From an uncultured delta proteobacterium (GTDB lineage: Bacteria; Desulfobacterota; Binatia; UBA9968), in NCBI GenBank assembly GCA_963804165.1, contig CAWDPO010000006.1, positions 32,001-96,000 on the forward strand: 64,000 bases of DNA. Direction: 5' to 3'. A program made the position numbers and the translations under genes. This document shows, piece after piece, positions 28,277-37,455 of the stretch. The stretch's first letter is position 1. The number at the start of each line of letters is the position of its first letter. Below the pieces are notes generated by a model, which did no database searches, was not told where the DNA came from, and worked only from the letters and a program-made list of their open reading frames with translations.

Positions 28277-29335
28277 ATGAGCGATCCACACGCCGCCCCT
28301 GAGACGCCCGAACTCCAAGCGCTCCATGCGCGCCTCGCCCAGTATTCTCTCGGTGGACACTGGCAAAGCCGAGAGCAAAATCCCGATCTTGTTCCTCACC
28401 TCTGGCCTTGGTCGGTGATCTATTCTTGCCTGATGGAATCCGGCGAGGTTGTGAAACTAGGCGGCGTCGAGGATGCGGCAAATCGACGCACCGTGCAGCT
28501 CGTCAATCCCGCGCTAACTCAAAGAAAGGCGACGTCGCGCACGCTGCAGATGTCGATTCAATTGGTCAAACCAGGCGAGCGTGCCGAGTGCCACCGCCAC
28601 TCGGCTGCGGCGCTGCGGTTTGTCGTCGAAGGCGACGGCACCGGCTACACCAACGTCGAAGGCGAAGAAATGTTAATGGAGCCCGGCGATCTCGTGCTGA
28701 CGCCGAACTGGACTTGGCACGATCATTTCAATCCCGGAAAAAATAACATCGTCTGGTTGGACGTGCTCGACGCTCATCTCACACGCCATCTCGACGCCGG
28801 CTTTCATGAAAGTTACGGTGAGGGTCCGGCGCAGCAGATCATCAAACGCGACGGTTATTGCAAGCAGCAATACGGCGCGATTAGGCCGCGCATGGCGCAC
28901 AGCAGCAACGCCGCGCTGCCCTATACCTACAAGTGGTGCGACACCGTGAAAGCGTTAAACGAAGTCGCCGCCGCAGGCGAGCGCGATGCTCATGATGGCA
29001 TCTTGCTCGAATACACTCATCCGCTCACCGGCGGGCCGACGATGCCGACCATCGGCTGTTGGGTGCAGATGATTCCGCCGGGTGAAACCACTAAAGTGCA
29101 CCGCCACACCAGCAGCACCATCTACCACGTCGTTCAAGGTCAGGGCATCACGTCGGCAGGAAAATCAAAAGGCGCAGCAAAGGATCTAGCGTGGGGCGCC
29201 CATGACTGCTTCTTCGTACCGTCGTGGAACTGGCATCACTTCAAAAATACGTCGGATAGTGAACCCGCTATCCTTTTTTCAGTGACCGACCGGCCGGTGC
29301 TGGAAAGCCTGGGGCTGCTTCGGGAAGAGGGATAG
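28277..29335 (+). CDS. Gentisate 1,2-dioxygenase-like bicupin
   Basis: RRTVQLVNP, HRHSAAALRF, TPNWTWHDH, GGPTMPTIG, HRHTSS, FSVTDRP. Confidence 0.85.
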   Translation: MSDPHAAPETPELQALHARLAQYSLGGHWQSREQNPDLVPHLWPWSVIYSCLMESGEVVKLGGVEDAANRRTVQLVNPALTQRKATSRTLQMSIQLVKPGERAECHRHSAAALRFVVEGDGTGYTNVEGEEMLMEPGDLVLTPNWTWHDHFNPGKNNIVWLDVLDAHLTRHLDAGFHESYGEGPAQQIIKRDGYCKQQYGAIRPRMAHSSNAALPYTYKWCDTVKALNEVAAAGERDAHDGILLEYTHPLTGGPTMPTIGCWVQMIPPGETTKVHRHTSSTIYHVVQGQGITSAGKSKGAAKDLAWGAHDCFFVPSWNWHHFKNTSDSEPAILFSVTDRPVLESLGLLREEG

Positions 29336-29337
29336 AA

Positions 29338-29392
29338 TTGGAGTGATGGAGTAGTGGAGTGATGGGTCTGAAGCCAATACTCCAACACTCCA
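29338..29392. repeat. Inverted 8-bp-unit array
   Basis: ggagtgatggagtagtggagtgatgg ... caatactccaacactccaa. Confidence 0.8.
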
Positions 29393-29436
29393 AAACAACT
29401 TTTTTAAGCTAATTCAATTGCGAGAGGATTTTACCC

Positions 29437-30591
29437 ATGCCACGTCAGTATAAATGTATCTCCGGCGACGGGCATATCGATCTCAACCCCGATATCTGGC
29501 GCGATCGCGTCCAGGCAAAATGGCGCGACCGCGCGCCCAAGCGCGTGAAGATGCCCAACGGTTCCGACGCCGTCGTGATCGACGGCGGCAAACCGAATAC
29601 CATAGGGATCACCCGCAGCGTGCGGGTCCCCCACGCGGAGCTCGCCAAGCAAGTGCCGACCTTTGAAACCTGCGCCGGCACCGGCACACCGGAGCAACGT
29701 TTGGCCGAACAAGATCAGGACGGGATTGACTGCGAAATTTTATTTTCGCAGATCACGTTTGTGTTGCGTCAGGCGAAGGACGACGACTTTTACCGCGACT
29801 GCATCCGCGCCTACAACGAATTTCTCGGCGAGGAGTACATGGCACCGGCGCCGGACCGTATCATTTGCATGGGGACGATTCCCACCACCGGCGTGGACGA
29901 CGCGATCAAAGAGCTCGAGCACTGCGCCAAGCTCGGCATGAAAGGTGTCAAGCTCGACCGCTATCCGAGCGGCAAGAGTTATCCGACGCCGGAAGACGAC
30001 AAGTTCTGGGCGGCGGCGCTCGACCTGGGCATCGCGCTGACCAACCACAATACCGGCAACATGGGATCGGGCAGGGGCGAGCCCGATTATCTTTACCCGA
30101 AAGATCCAGGCCACGATGTGCACCAGAAAGACGCTTTCAAATTTTTCACCCGCTTCACCAACGACGCCATGACGGCGACGCTGCAGATGGCCTTTGCCGG
30201 AGTCTGGGATCGATTTCCCAAACTGCAATTCTACTGGGCGGAAACCATGATCGGCTGGCTGGAATATGGTCTGTGGCAGATCGACGACCACTACCGGCGC
30301 TACATCGGCATGATCCACGACAACTGGGGGCTGAATAAATTGGAGCGCAAACCCAGCGAGTACTTGAAGGAGCGCAACTACTGGGGATTTCTCCACGATC
30401 CGGTCGGCGTCAAACGCCGCGACTGCATCGGCTACGACAAACTGATGTGGGGCACCGACTTCGCCCACGCCGCCAGCGAGTTCCCAAACTCACAAAAGCA
30501 TTTAGGGGAAGATTTCGCAGGTGTGCCGGAAAACGAAAAACGCGCCATGACGGTGGATAATTGCGTCCGCTATTTTCATCTTGATCGATAA
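29437..30591 (+). CDS. Amidohydrolase_2 family protein
   Basis: ISGDGH, QDQDGID, RAYNEF, DRFPKL, MWGTDFAH. Confidence 0.88.
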   Translation: MPRQYKCISGDGHIDLNPDIWRDRVQAKWRDRAPKRVKMPNGSDAVVIDGGKPNTIGITRSVRVPHAELAKQVPTFETCAGTGTPEQRLAEQDQDGIDCEILFSQITFVLRQAKDDDFYRDCIRAYNEFLGEEYMAPAPDRIICMGTIPTTGVDDAIKELEHCAKLGMKGVKLDRYPSGKSYPTPEDDKFWAAALDLGIALTNHNTGNMGSGRGEPDYLYPKDPGHDVHQKDAFKFFTRFTNDAMTATLQMAFAGVWDRFPKLQFYWAETMIGWLEYGLWQIDDHYRRYIGMIHDNWGLNKLERKPSEYLKERNYWGFLHDPVGVKRRDCIGYDKLMWGTDFAHAASEFPNSQKHLGEDFAGVPENEKRAMTVDNCVRYFHLDR

Positions 30592-30619
30592 CTGAGCGGG
30601 TTTTCTTGTCCGAAGACGA

Positions 30620-30681
30620 CTTGAACATTGAACCTTGAACCGTTGAACCGTCGCGGCCGTTCAAAAGTTCAAGGTTCAACG
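30620..30681. repeat. Inverted TTGAAC/GTTCAA array, opposite polarity
   Basis: ttgaacattgaaccttgaaccgttgaacc ... gttcaaaagttcaaggttcaac. Confidence 0.8.
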
Positions 30682-30701
30682 TAAAAATTAGGAGGCCGAC
30701 C

Positions 30702-31725
30702 GTGAGCGACGTAGGCACAACGCACGAGGACCTCGAACATTTTCTCGCCGAGCACCATCTCGTCGGCGCCGGGCTGAGACGCGACGGACGCGCGGCGCCG
30801 CGCCAGGGCAATACGGGGGCGCACTGGAAATGGGACGGCATCTACCGCGGGCTCATGCGCTCAGGCGAGATCGTCACCGTAGGGCCGAACGGCATGACCG
30901 GCATGCGCTCGGTGGTCGGCATCGAGGCGCGGAGGTTTCCGATCTGGATGAATGCGCAGATTCTCATGCCCGGCGAGCGCACCCAAGCGCACCGCAATCT
31001 GCGCAGCGAGACACGCCTCGTTTGCCAAGCGCCAAAGGACGCAGTGTTCGTTTGCGAGTACGAAGCCTACCCGATGGAACGTGGCGACGTGGTGATCAGC
31101 CCGGCATGGACTTTTCACGATCATTGGAACAAAGACACAACGCCTGCCATTTGGATCGACGGCTACGACAACGGCTACAACCCGAATGTAAACGTCAACG
31201 AGCGCATGCCCAATGATGAGCCGTACGAGGAAATAAAAACGCCGACTGGCTACAGCCAGCGGACTCGCGGCCTGGCGCGTCCGATGACAAAGGAAGCTTC
31301 CTTTCCGCTCCCGCCGATGCGTTACCCATGGGCCGATACCCATGCAGCGCTAACGGCGCTCCGTGAAAACGGCGAGAGCGATCCCTACGATGGAATCATG
31401 GTCATGCTCGCCAGCCCGGTCGACGGCGGCTCTACGCTGCCGACAATCGCCTGGCAAGCGCAGTTGCTCGCTAAAAACCAGAAAACCCTTCCGCACCGCC
31501 ACAACAGCACCACATTTTTCTTCGCCTTCGAAGGTGAAGGCGCCGTCGTCATCGACGGTGAGCGCTTGGCAATACGCCAAAGGCGATATTTTCGCCGTGC
31601 CGGCCTGGACCTGGCACCATCACGAGAATACCCAGAACGAGGATACGATACTCTTTTCGATCGACGACTGGCCGGCCATGAAGAAGCTTGGCTTCTATAT
31701 GAAGGAAGAAGCCAAAGGATTTTGA
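30702..31725 (+). CDS. Second gentisate-dioxygenase-like bicupin; frameshift near 31570
   Basis: QILMPGE..AHRN, WTFHDH, HRHNST; C-terminus GDIFAVPAWTWHHHEN...FSIDDWP in the frame ending 31725. Confidence 0.8.
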
Positions 31726-31756
31726 ACGTCCATCAATCCTAATTCAGCGGCATCGT

Positions 31757-31785
31757 GTAGGGGCAGGTTTGAAACCTGCCCCTAC
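31757..31785. repeat. Symmetric GTAG-REP
   Basis: GTAGGGGCAGGTTT-G-AAACCTGCCCCTAC. Confidence 0.85.
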
Positions 31786-31849
31786 GTAATTCAGCCAATC
31801 ACAAAACCCCTGGAGACCCGACCAAGATTCGTGTATTAGAAACAGCACC

Positions 31850-33040
31850 ATGACCCTTGCCGCGTCGAATTCGGCTGCTTCTACGCCGGGTGAAACCAAT
31901 GCGAAGCGCAGGATCGCCGTTAGCCTGCGCGGATTGTGGAAAACTTATCCTGGCAACGCAAAACCGGCGGTCCAAAACTTGTCTCTTGAGATCTACGACG
32001 GGGAAATTTTGACCCTGCTCGGCCCGAGTGGCTGCGGCAAGACCACCACACTGCGCATGGTCGCCGGCTTGGAGACGCCGGACGCCGGCGATATTTTTTT
32101 CGGCGACCAAGCAGTGGTCATGACTTCGCGGCGCTTGAATCTGCCGCCGAACAAACGCAACGTCGGCATGGTGTTTCAATCCTACGCCATCTGGCCGCAC
32201 ATGACCGTGGCGGAAAACGTTGCCTTTCCGCTAAAAGCACGGCGATTTCCAAAGCGTGAAATTAACGACCGCGTGCAGCATGCTCTCGATCTCGTCGATC
32301 TGTCCGGCTTCGAAGACCGGCCCGGGCCGCTGCTCAGCGGCGGCCAGCAACAACGCGTCGCCTTCGCCCGCGCTCTCGTCACCGAGCCCCGCGTCTTGCT
32401 GCTCGATGAACCGTTCAGCAACCTCGACGCCAAGCTGCGCGAGCAGATGCGCATCAGCGTCAAGCTATTACAAAAACGCCTGAACGTCGCCATGCTGTTC
32501 GTCACCCACGATCAGATCGAAGCGCTGAGTTTGTCGAACCGCGTCGCGCTGATGAACTCCGGCGTCGTGCAGCAACAGGGCCATCCGCGCCTGCTTTACG
32601 AAGAACCCGTAAATGAATTCGTCCGCGATTTCGTCGGCCGGACCCTCCTTTTCAAGGGCAAGGTGCAAACGAGCAACCCCTCGGGCCAGCTCGCAATCGC
32701 GCTCGCCGGGGCGTGTGACTGCGTCGTGTTTGGCCGCAGCTACAACCCTGACGGCGTTAAGAACGATCAATCGGTATTTATCGGCGTCAGACCGGAAGAC
32801 GTGGAAATCCATTCGGCGCGCGGCGCCGAAGCGCCCTCGGGGATGATCGGCGGCACGGCGCAGGCCGCGCTGTTTATCGGCGAGCGCATCGAATATCAGG
32901 TCGCCGTCGACGGCCAGGGAACAATGCTGATCTACGGCGAGCGTCACAAACCCATCGACGAAGGCAGCAACGTCTGGCTTAAACTGCGACCGGACGGCCA
33001 CAGCGCGTGGCTTTCCGACTGGTCGCACAAAGAGGAATGA
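31850..33040 (+). CDS. ABC transporter ATP-binding protein (FbpC/PotA-like)
   Basis: GPSGCGKT, LSGGQQQR, LLLDEP, VTHD. Confidence 0.95.
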   Translation: MTLAASNSAASTPGETNAKRRIAVSLRGLWKTYPGNAKPAVQNLSLEIYDGEILTLLGPSGCGKTTTLRMVAGLETPDAGDIFFGDQAVVMTSRRLNLPPNKRNVGMVFQSYAIWPHMTVAENVAFPLKARRFPKREINDRVQHALDLVDLSGFEDRPGPLLSGGQQQRVAFARALVTEPRVLLLDEPFSNLDAKLREQMRISVKLLQKRLNVAMLFVTHDQIEALSLSNRVALMNSGVVQQQGHPRLLYEEPVNEFVRDFVGRTLLFKGKVQTSNPSGQLAIALAGACDCVVFGRSYNPDGVKNDQSVFIGVRPEDVEIHSARGAEAPSGMIGGTAQAALFIGERIEYQVAVDGQGTMLIYGERHKPIDEGSNVWLKLRPDGHSAWLSDWSHKEE

Positions 33041-33047
33041 AAAACCA

Positions 33048-33070
33048 GGGCGTATGCAATACGCCCCTAC
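33048..33070 (-). repeat. GTAG-REP
   Basis: GGGCGTATGCAATACGCCCCTAC; degenerate inverted partner at 33168-33192. Confidence 0.8.
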
Positions 33071-33098
33071 GACGATCGGGATTTCAGGAGGAATTCGT

Positions 33099-34325
33099 AT
33101 GGCGAACAATCGCAAGAAGAAAATAGTCGTGCGATGGCGCGAGCGACAAGCATGGTCCGGATTTCGCGTGGGGGCGTCTTGCTATACGCCCTTTCTTTTT
33201 GTGCTAATCGTAAATTCGTTTTTGGTTCATAGCGCCTTAGGCGCCGCTACTCCGTCAAACTTCGAGCAGGAATGGTCCAAGCTCATCGCCGCCGCAAAGC
33301 AAGAAGGCACGCTCGCCGTCGCTTCCGGTGGAGCGCCGTCGCGTCAATACCGACCCGTTGTCGACGCATTCAGCAAAAAATTTGGTGTCAAAGTGGAAGT
33401 CTCTACAGGCAACGCCACCGACACGGTCAATCGGGTGCTCGCGGAGCGAAAAGCCGGAAGATACATCATGGATGTCGCATTGATCAGTAGCCGCGAGAAC
33501 AACCAGAGGTTGGTGCCGTCGGAATCACTAGTGCCGTTTCCTCCCCTGCTCATCCATCCCGACGTGTTGGACACTTCCAATTGGTATCTCGGTCGCCATT
33601 GGTACGCTGACAAAGCATCCGCGTACGCGTTTATCTACCACGTAACCAAAGAGGATCAGTACGAGACTTGGTATAACACCGACAAGCTCAAAGAAGCCGA
33701 GGTCGCGACAATAAAGAAACAGACCGATTTTTTCGATCCGCGCTGGAAAGGGAAGATCCTCGGCCAGGGAATGGGCGACCCATCGGGCATACGGCAGATG
33801 ATCGACAGTTACTTCGAACCCGACCGAGGGCAGGAGTGGGTACGCACGTACCTGCTGAACGCCGGTGTGACGTTTTCGGATGACCGCAGGATCCTGGAGA
33901 CCTGGCTCGTGGGTGGAAGATTTTCGCTGCAAGCTGTCGCCACCGGCACCGAGGAACTCACGGGGCTGGCGAAAAAGGGGCTCCCTATCAAGCAGATCTT
34001 TCTGCCCAAGCAAGTAGGCATGGTTCGCGCGGGCGGGTCCGGCTGCTGCATATCGGTATTTTCAAATGCGCCGCATCCAAGCGCAACCAAACTCTTCGTG
34101 AACTGGTTCCTTTCGAAAGAAGGACAGACATTGACCCATACGCTAGTGCCGAACATCGACCGTTCTTCCTTGCGCAACGATATTCCCTTCGGTGAGGTAA
34201 CGCCGGATCAGCGACGCAAACCGGGTGTCGAGTACGCGTTCCCCGACGCCGACCCTAAATTCGGTCCGCGCCAGGAGGAAGCGCAAAAATGGATCTATAA
34301 AATCTGGGAGTCGAGGCAAAAATAA
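33099..34325 (+). CDS. ABC substrate-binding protein
   Basis: CAGGAGG RBS before ATG 33099; AAAKQEG, DPRWKGKI, APHPSATKLFVNWFLSKEGQ. Confidence 0.88.
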   Translation: MANNRKKKIVVRWRERQAWSGFRVGASCYTPFLFVLIVNSFLVHSALGAATPSNFEQEWSKLIAAAKQEGTLAVASGGAPSRQYRPVVDAFSKKFGVKVEVSTGNATDTVNRVLAERKAGRYIMDVALISSRENNQRLVPSESLVPFPPLLIHPDVLDTSNWYLGRHWYADKASAYAFIYHVTKEDQYETWYNTDKLKEAEVATIKKQTDFFDPRWKGKILGQGMGDPSGIRQMIDSYFEPDRGQEWVRTYLLNAGVTFSDDRRILETWLVGGRFSLQAVATGTEELTGLAKKGLPIKQIFLPKQVGMVRAGGSGCCISVFSNAPHPSATKLFVNWFLSKEGQTLTHTLVPNIDRSSLRNDIPFGEVTPDQRRKPGVEYAFPDADPKFGPRQEEAQKWIYKIWESRQK

Positions 34326-34335
34326 CCTGACGGCA

Positions 34336-34418
34336 GTTCCAAAAGTTCCAATCGTTTCAAAGTTCCAAGTCGTTTCGATCGAACCATGATCGAACCTAAC
34401 GATTGGAACACTTGAACG
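34336..34418. repeat. Inverted GTTCCAA/TTGGAAC array
   Basis: gttccaaaagttccaatcgtttcaaagttccaag ... cgattggaacacttgaacg. Confidence 0.7.
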
Positions 34419-34433
34419 TCCGAAAAGTCGCCC

Positions 34434-36212
34434 GTGGACCAATCCCCCGCCATAGATCAACTCGCCATCGCGCCGGGTGTGCCGACTGCGCGCCTGACCA
34501 AAGGCCATTTCATAATGGCGGTAGTGCTGATCGCACTCGGCTACTTGCTCATTTGGCCGGTGCTGCTGCTTCTGATCAATAGTTTTAACGCCGCCTCAGA
34601 CTGGTTTGTCGAGCCGCGCACCTGGGGAGTCAAGCACTGGGTGAATGCGTTTCAACGGCCCGGCCTGCTGACCTCTCTCGGTAACTCTCTGCTCATCTGG
34701 TCTCTGACCGTCAGCGTCAGCTTTCCCGTGGGCGTGGCGATCGCCTGGCTGCTCGCGCGCACTAAGATTCCTTTCAGCCATACCTTGGAATTTCTCTTTT
34801 GGGTTTCTTACATGGTTCCCGCTCTGCCGACGACCATCGCTTGGATCACTTTGCTCGATCCCGATATCGGCATGATCAACGTCGCGCTGAAAAATTTATT
34901 CCATCTCGACCAGGGGCCGTTCAATATTTTCAGCGTGCCAGGAATCGTTTGGGCGAACCTGATGGGCCACGGCATCTCGATCAAAGTCATGCTGTTGACA
35001 CCGGCGTTCCGCAATATGGATTCCACGCTCGAGGAGGCGGCTCGCGTCGGCGGCGCGAGCAATTTGCGAACGCTCTTTAAAGTCACCCTGCCGCTCATGA
35101 TCTCGCCGATGATGATGGTTTTCGCGCTCCAGCTTCTGCGCGTCTTCCAATCCTTCGAGACCGAATACCTGCTGGGCATGCCTTTCGGCTTTTTCGTGTA
35201 CTCGACCAAGATTTTCACCTTGATCAGAAATCAAATTCCCAATTACGGCGAAGCCACCGTTCTGGCGAGCCTCACTTTGCTGATGATCGCCTTGATCATC
35301 CCGCTGCAACGCTGGATTCTCGAGCGGCGCCGCTACACCACGATCACCGGGAGCTTTCGTCCCGGCCTGATCGATGTCGGTAAATGGAATTACGTCACCT
35401 TCGGCGGCATCGCTCTGCTGCTCGCGCTGTTAACCGTTGGACCGCTCGCCATCTTGGTGCTCGGCAGCTTCATGCAGCGCATCGGCTATTTCGTCTTGGG
35501 ATACACGCTCGATCATTGGCGCTTTGTGTTGGGCGACCCGGTCTTCGTCAAGGCGCTGCGCACCACCCTGATACTCGCCGTAACAGCGGCGGTTTGCAGT
35601 CCGTTCATCTTCTCCGTCCTTGCCTACATCCTGGTGCGCACGCGCTTGCCCGGGCGCGGCGCGTTGGATCTGATGATTTGGAGCGCCGGCGCAATTCCCG
35701 GCATTCTCGCCGGGCTCGGTTTGCTATGGGTTTTTATCGGCACGCCGGGGCTGAATTTTTTATTCGGCACCATCTGGGCTTTGATCATAGTCGTCATGCT
35801 CCAGGGAAAGACCACCGGCGTCAACATCATGAAAGGCGTGCTCGTGCAGGTCGGCGCCGACATGGAAGAGGCCGCGCGCGTCTCCGGCGCGGGTTGGATC
35901 AGAACTTACTTCCGCATTTGGCTGCCGCTGTTGATGCCGACGTTGATTCTCCTCGCGGTGATGAATTTCGTCAGCGCTGCCGGCGCCACCAGCAGTATTA
36001 TCTTGCTCGCATCGCGCGACACGATGACGCTATCGCTGATGGCTTTGGAGCTCTCGTCGGTCGCAGTCAGTAATCGCGAAGCGGCAAGCATCATCAGCAT
36101 CTTCATCGTTGGTTTCACGATGACGGGTGCGCTGCTTGTCCGATACTTGGGCCGCCGATTCGGCGTGCGCCACGATATGCACGCCGGCGAAGGTGCCCAC
36201 CGCCGACTTTAG
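34434..36212 (+). CDS. ABC permease with two fused domains (FbpB-like)
   Basis: Two EAA loops (LEEAARVGGA, MEEAARVSGA). Confidence 0.93.
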   Translation: MDQSPAIDQLAIAPGVPTARLTKGHFIMAVVLIALGYLLIWPVLLLLINSFNAASDWFVEPRTWGVKHWVNAFQRPGLLTSLGNSLLIWSLTVSVSFPVGVAIAWLLARTKIPFSHTLEFLFWVSYMVPALPTTIAWITLLDPDIGMINVALKNLFHLDQGPFNIFSVPGIVWANLMGHGISIKVMLLTPAFRNMDSTLEEAARVGGASNLRTLFKVTLPLMISPMMMVFALQLLRVFQSFETEYLLGMPFGFFVYSTKIFTLIRNQIPNYGEATVLASLTLLMIALIIPLQRWILERRRYTTITGSFRPGLIDVGKWNYVTFGGIALLLALLTVGPLAILVLGSFMQRIGYFVLGYTLDHWRFVLGDPVFVKALRTTLILAVTAAVCSPFIFSVLAYILVRTRLPGRGALDLMIWSAGAIPGILAGLGLLWVFIGTPGLNFLFGTIWALIIVVMLQGKTTGVNIMKGVLVQVGADMEEAARVSGAGWIRTYFRIWLPLLMPTLILLAVMNFVSAAGATSSIILLASRDTMTLSLMALELSSVAVSNREAASIISIFIVGFTMTGALLVRYLGRRFGVRHDMHAGEGAHRRL

Positions 36213-36296
36213 CGCGGGCACATTCGACTTGAAGCCTCCTCAATGACTTTGATAAAGTCTGTCAGCTTTGGGTCGAGCTAGTGAGGCGACGGAAGG

Positions 36297-36752
36297 ATGG
36301 CCATCAAATCGCTGCTGCAAATTGTGCTCGCCGCCGTCTGCGCAGCGCTTGCCGCCACCGGCGGACCGGGACACGCAGCAGAAATCGGCCAGATCAAAAA
36401 CACCGCGGGGCAGGTTTTTCTGCTGCGCAACAACAACCAGCAGCCGGCCAAGCCCGGTGATCTGATCGAGCAAGCCGATGTCATCGTCACCGGTTCCAAC
36501 GGCTCCGTCGGCGTCACGCTCATCGACAACTCGCGGCTATCCGCCGGCCCAAATAGTCGGGTCGAGTTCAAACAGTTTCGCTTCAATCCAACCACCCAGG
36601 AAGGCGAATCGCTCGCCCACTTGCACCGCGGCACCCTCGCCATCGTCTCGGGACAGATCGCCAAGCGTTCGGCGGACGCCATGAAGGTGCAGACGCCGAC
36701 GACGATTCTCGGCGTGCGCGGCACCAAATTCGCGGTCAAAGTGGAAGAATGA
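36297..36752 (+). CDS. Secreted FecR-domain protein
   Basis: Signal peptide; GVTLIDNSRLSAGPNS and TPTTILGVRGTKF. Confidence 0.85.
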   Translation: MAIKSLLQIVLAAVCAALAATGGPGHAAEIGQIKNTAGQVFLLRNNNQQPAKPGDLIEQADVIVTGSNGSVGVTLIDNSRLSAGPNSRVEFKQFRFNPTTQEGESLAHLHRGTLAIVSGQIAKRSADAMKVQTPTTILGVRGTKFAVKVEE

Positions 36753-36765
36753 CCGCCGTCACAAT

Positions 36766-37369
36766 GTGAATTTCCTCAAGCCGTTCGTCATTCTGGTTTT
36801 GGCCGCGGCGCTTTTTGTTTCCGGCTGCGCTAGCGTCAATACCTTTGTCGTTTTGCTGCCAGAAGAAGGCGGCGCGCCCGGCGCGGTCACAGTCGGCGCG
36901 GGCAACCAAACGGCAAGACTCGATAGGCCCTACAGCGCCGCCGCCGTCGATGCCAAGAGCAACATCGAGACGAAAACCATCACCGCGGAAGATGCCAACC
37001 GCACTTTCGCCGACGCGCTCGCGGCTCAGCCGCCCCCGCCGATCAGTTTCACTCTCTATTTTGAAACCAATAGTGTCGAAGTCGCGGCCGCGTCACGGCC
37101 AACCCTCGATACGCTGCTCGCCGACGTGGCCAAACGACAAGCCGTGGAGGTCCAAGTGACCGGCCACACCGATCGGGTCGGCAGCATAGCGGACAATGAC
37201 CGATTGTCGCTGCAGCGCGCCGAAGCTGTACGCGCCATGCTGATACAACGCGGCATCAACTCGAGCGTTCCTGCGCACCGTGGGCCGCGGCGAGCGCGAG
37301 CCATTGGTGCCGACCGCCGACGAACAAGCCGAGCCACGTAACCGCCGGGTCGAAGTCATCGTGCGCTGA
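36766..37369 (+). CDS. OmpA-family lipoprotein; frameshift near 37265
   Basis: Lipobox VSGC; GHTDRVG, NDRLSLQRAEAV; shifted frame GRGEREPLVPTADEQAEPRNRRVEVIVR*. Confidence 0.88.
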
Positions 37370-37387
37370 TCGTGAAAGGGAAGAAAT

Positions 37388-37455
37388 GAGGAGTCAAAAG
37401 TGAGGAGTCAGGAGTCCACCGCGTATTCCCTTACTCCTAGCTCTTACTCCTTACT
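37388..37455. repeat. Inverted GAGGAGT/ACTCCT array between convergent genes
   Basis: gaggagtcaaaagtgaggagtcaggagt ... ttactcctagctcttactccttact. Confidence 0.7.
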
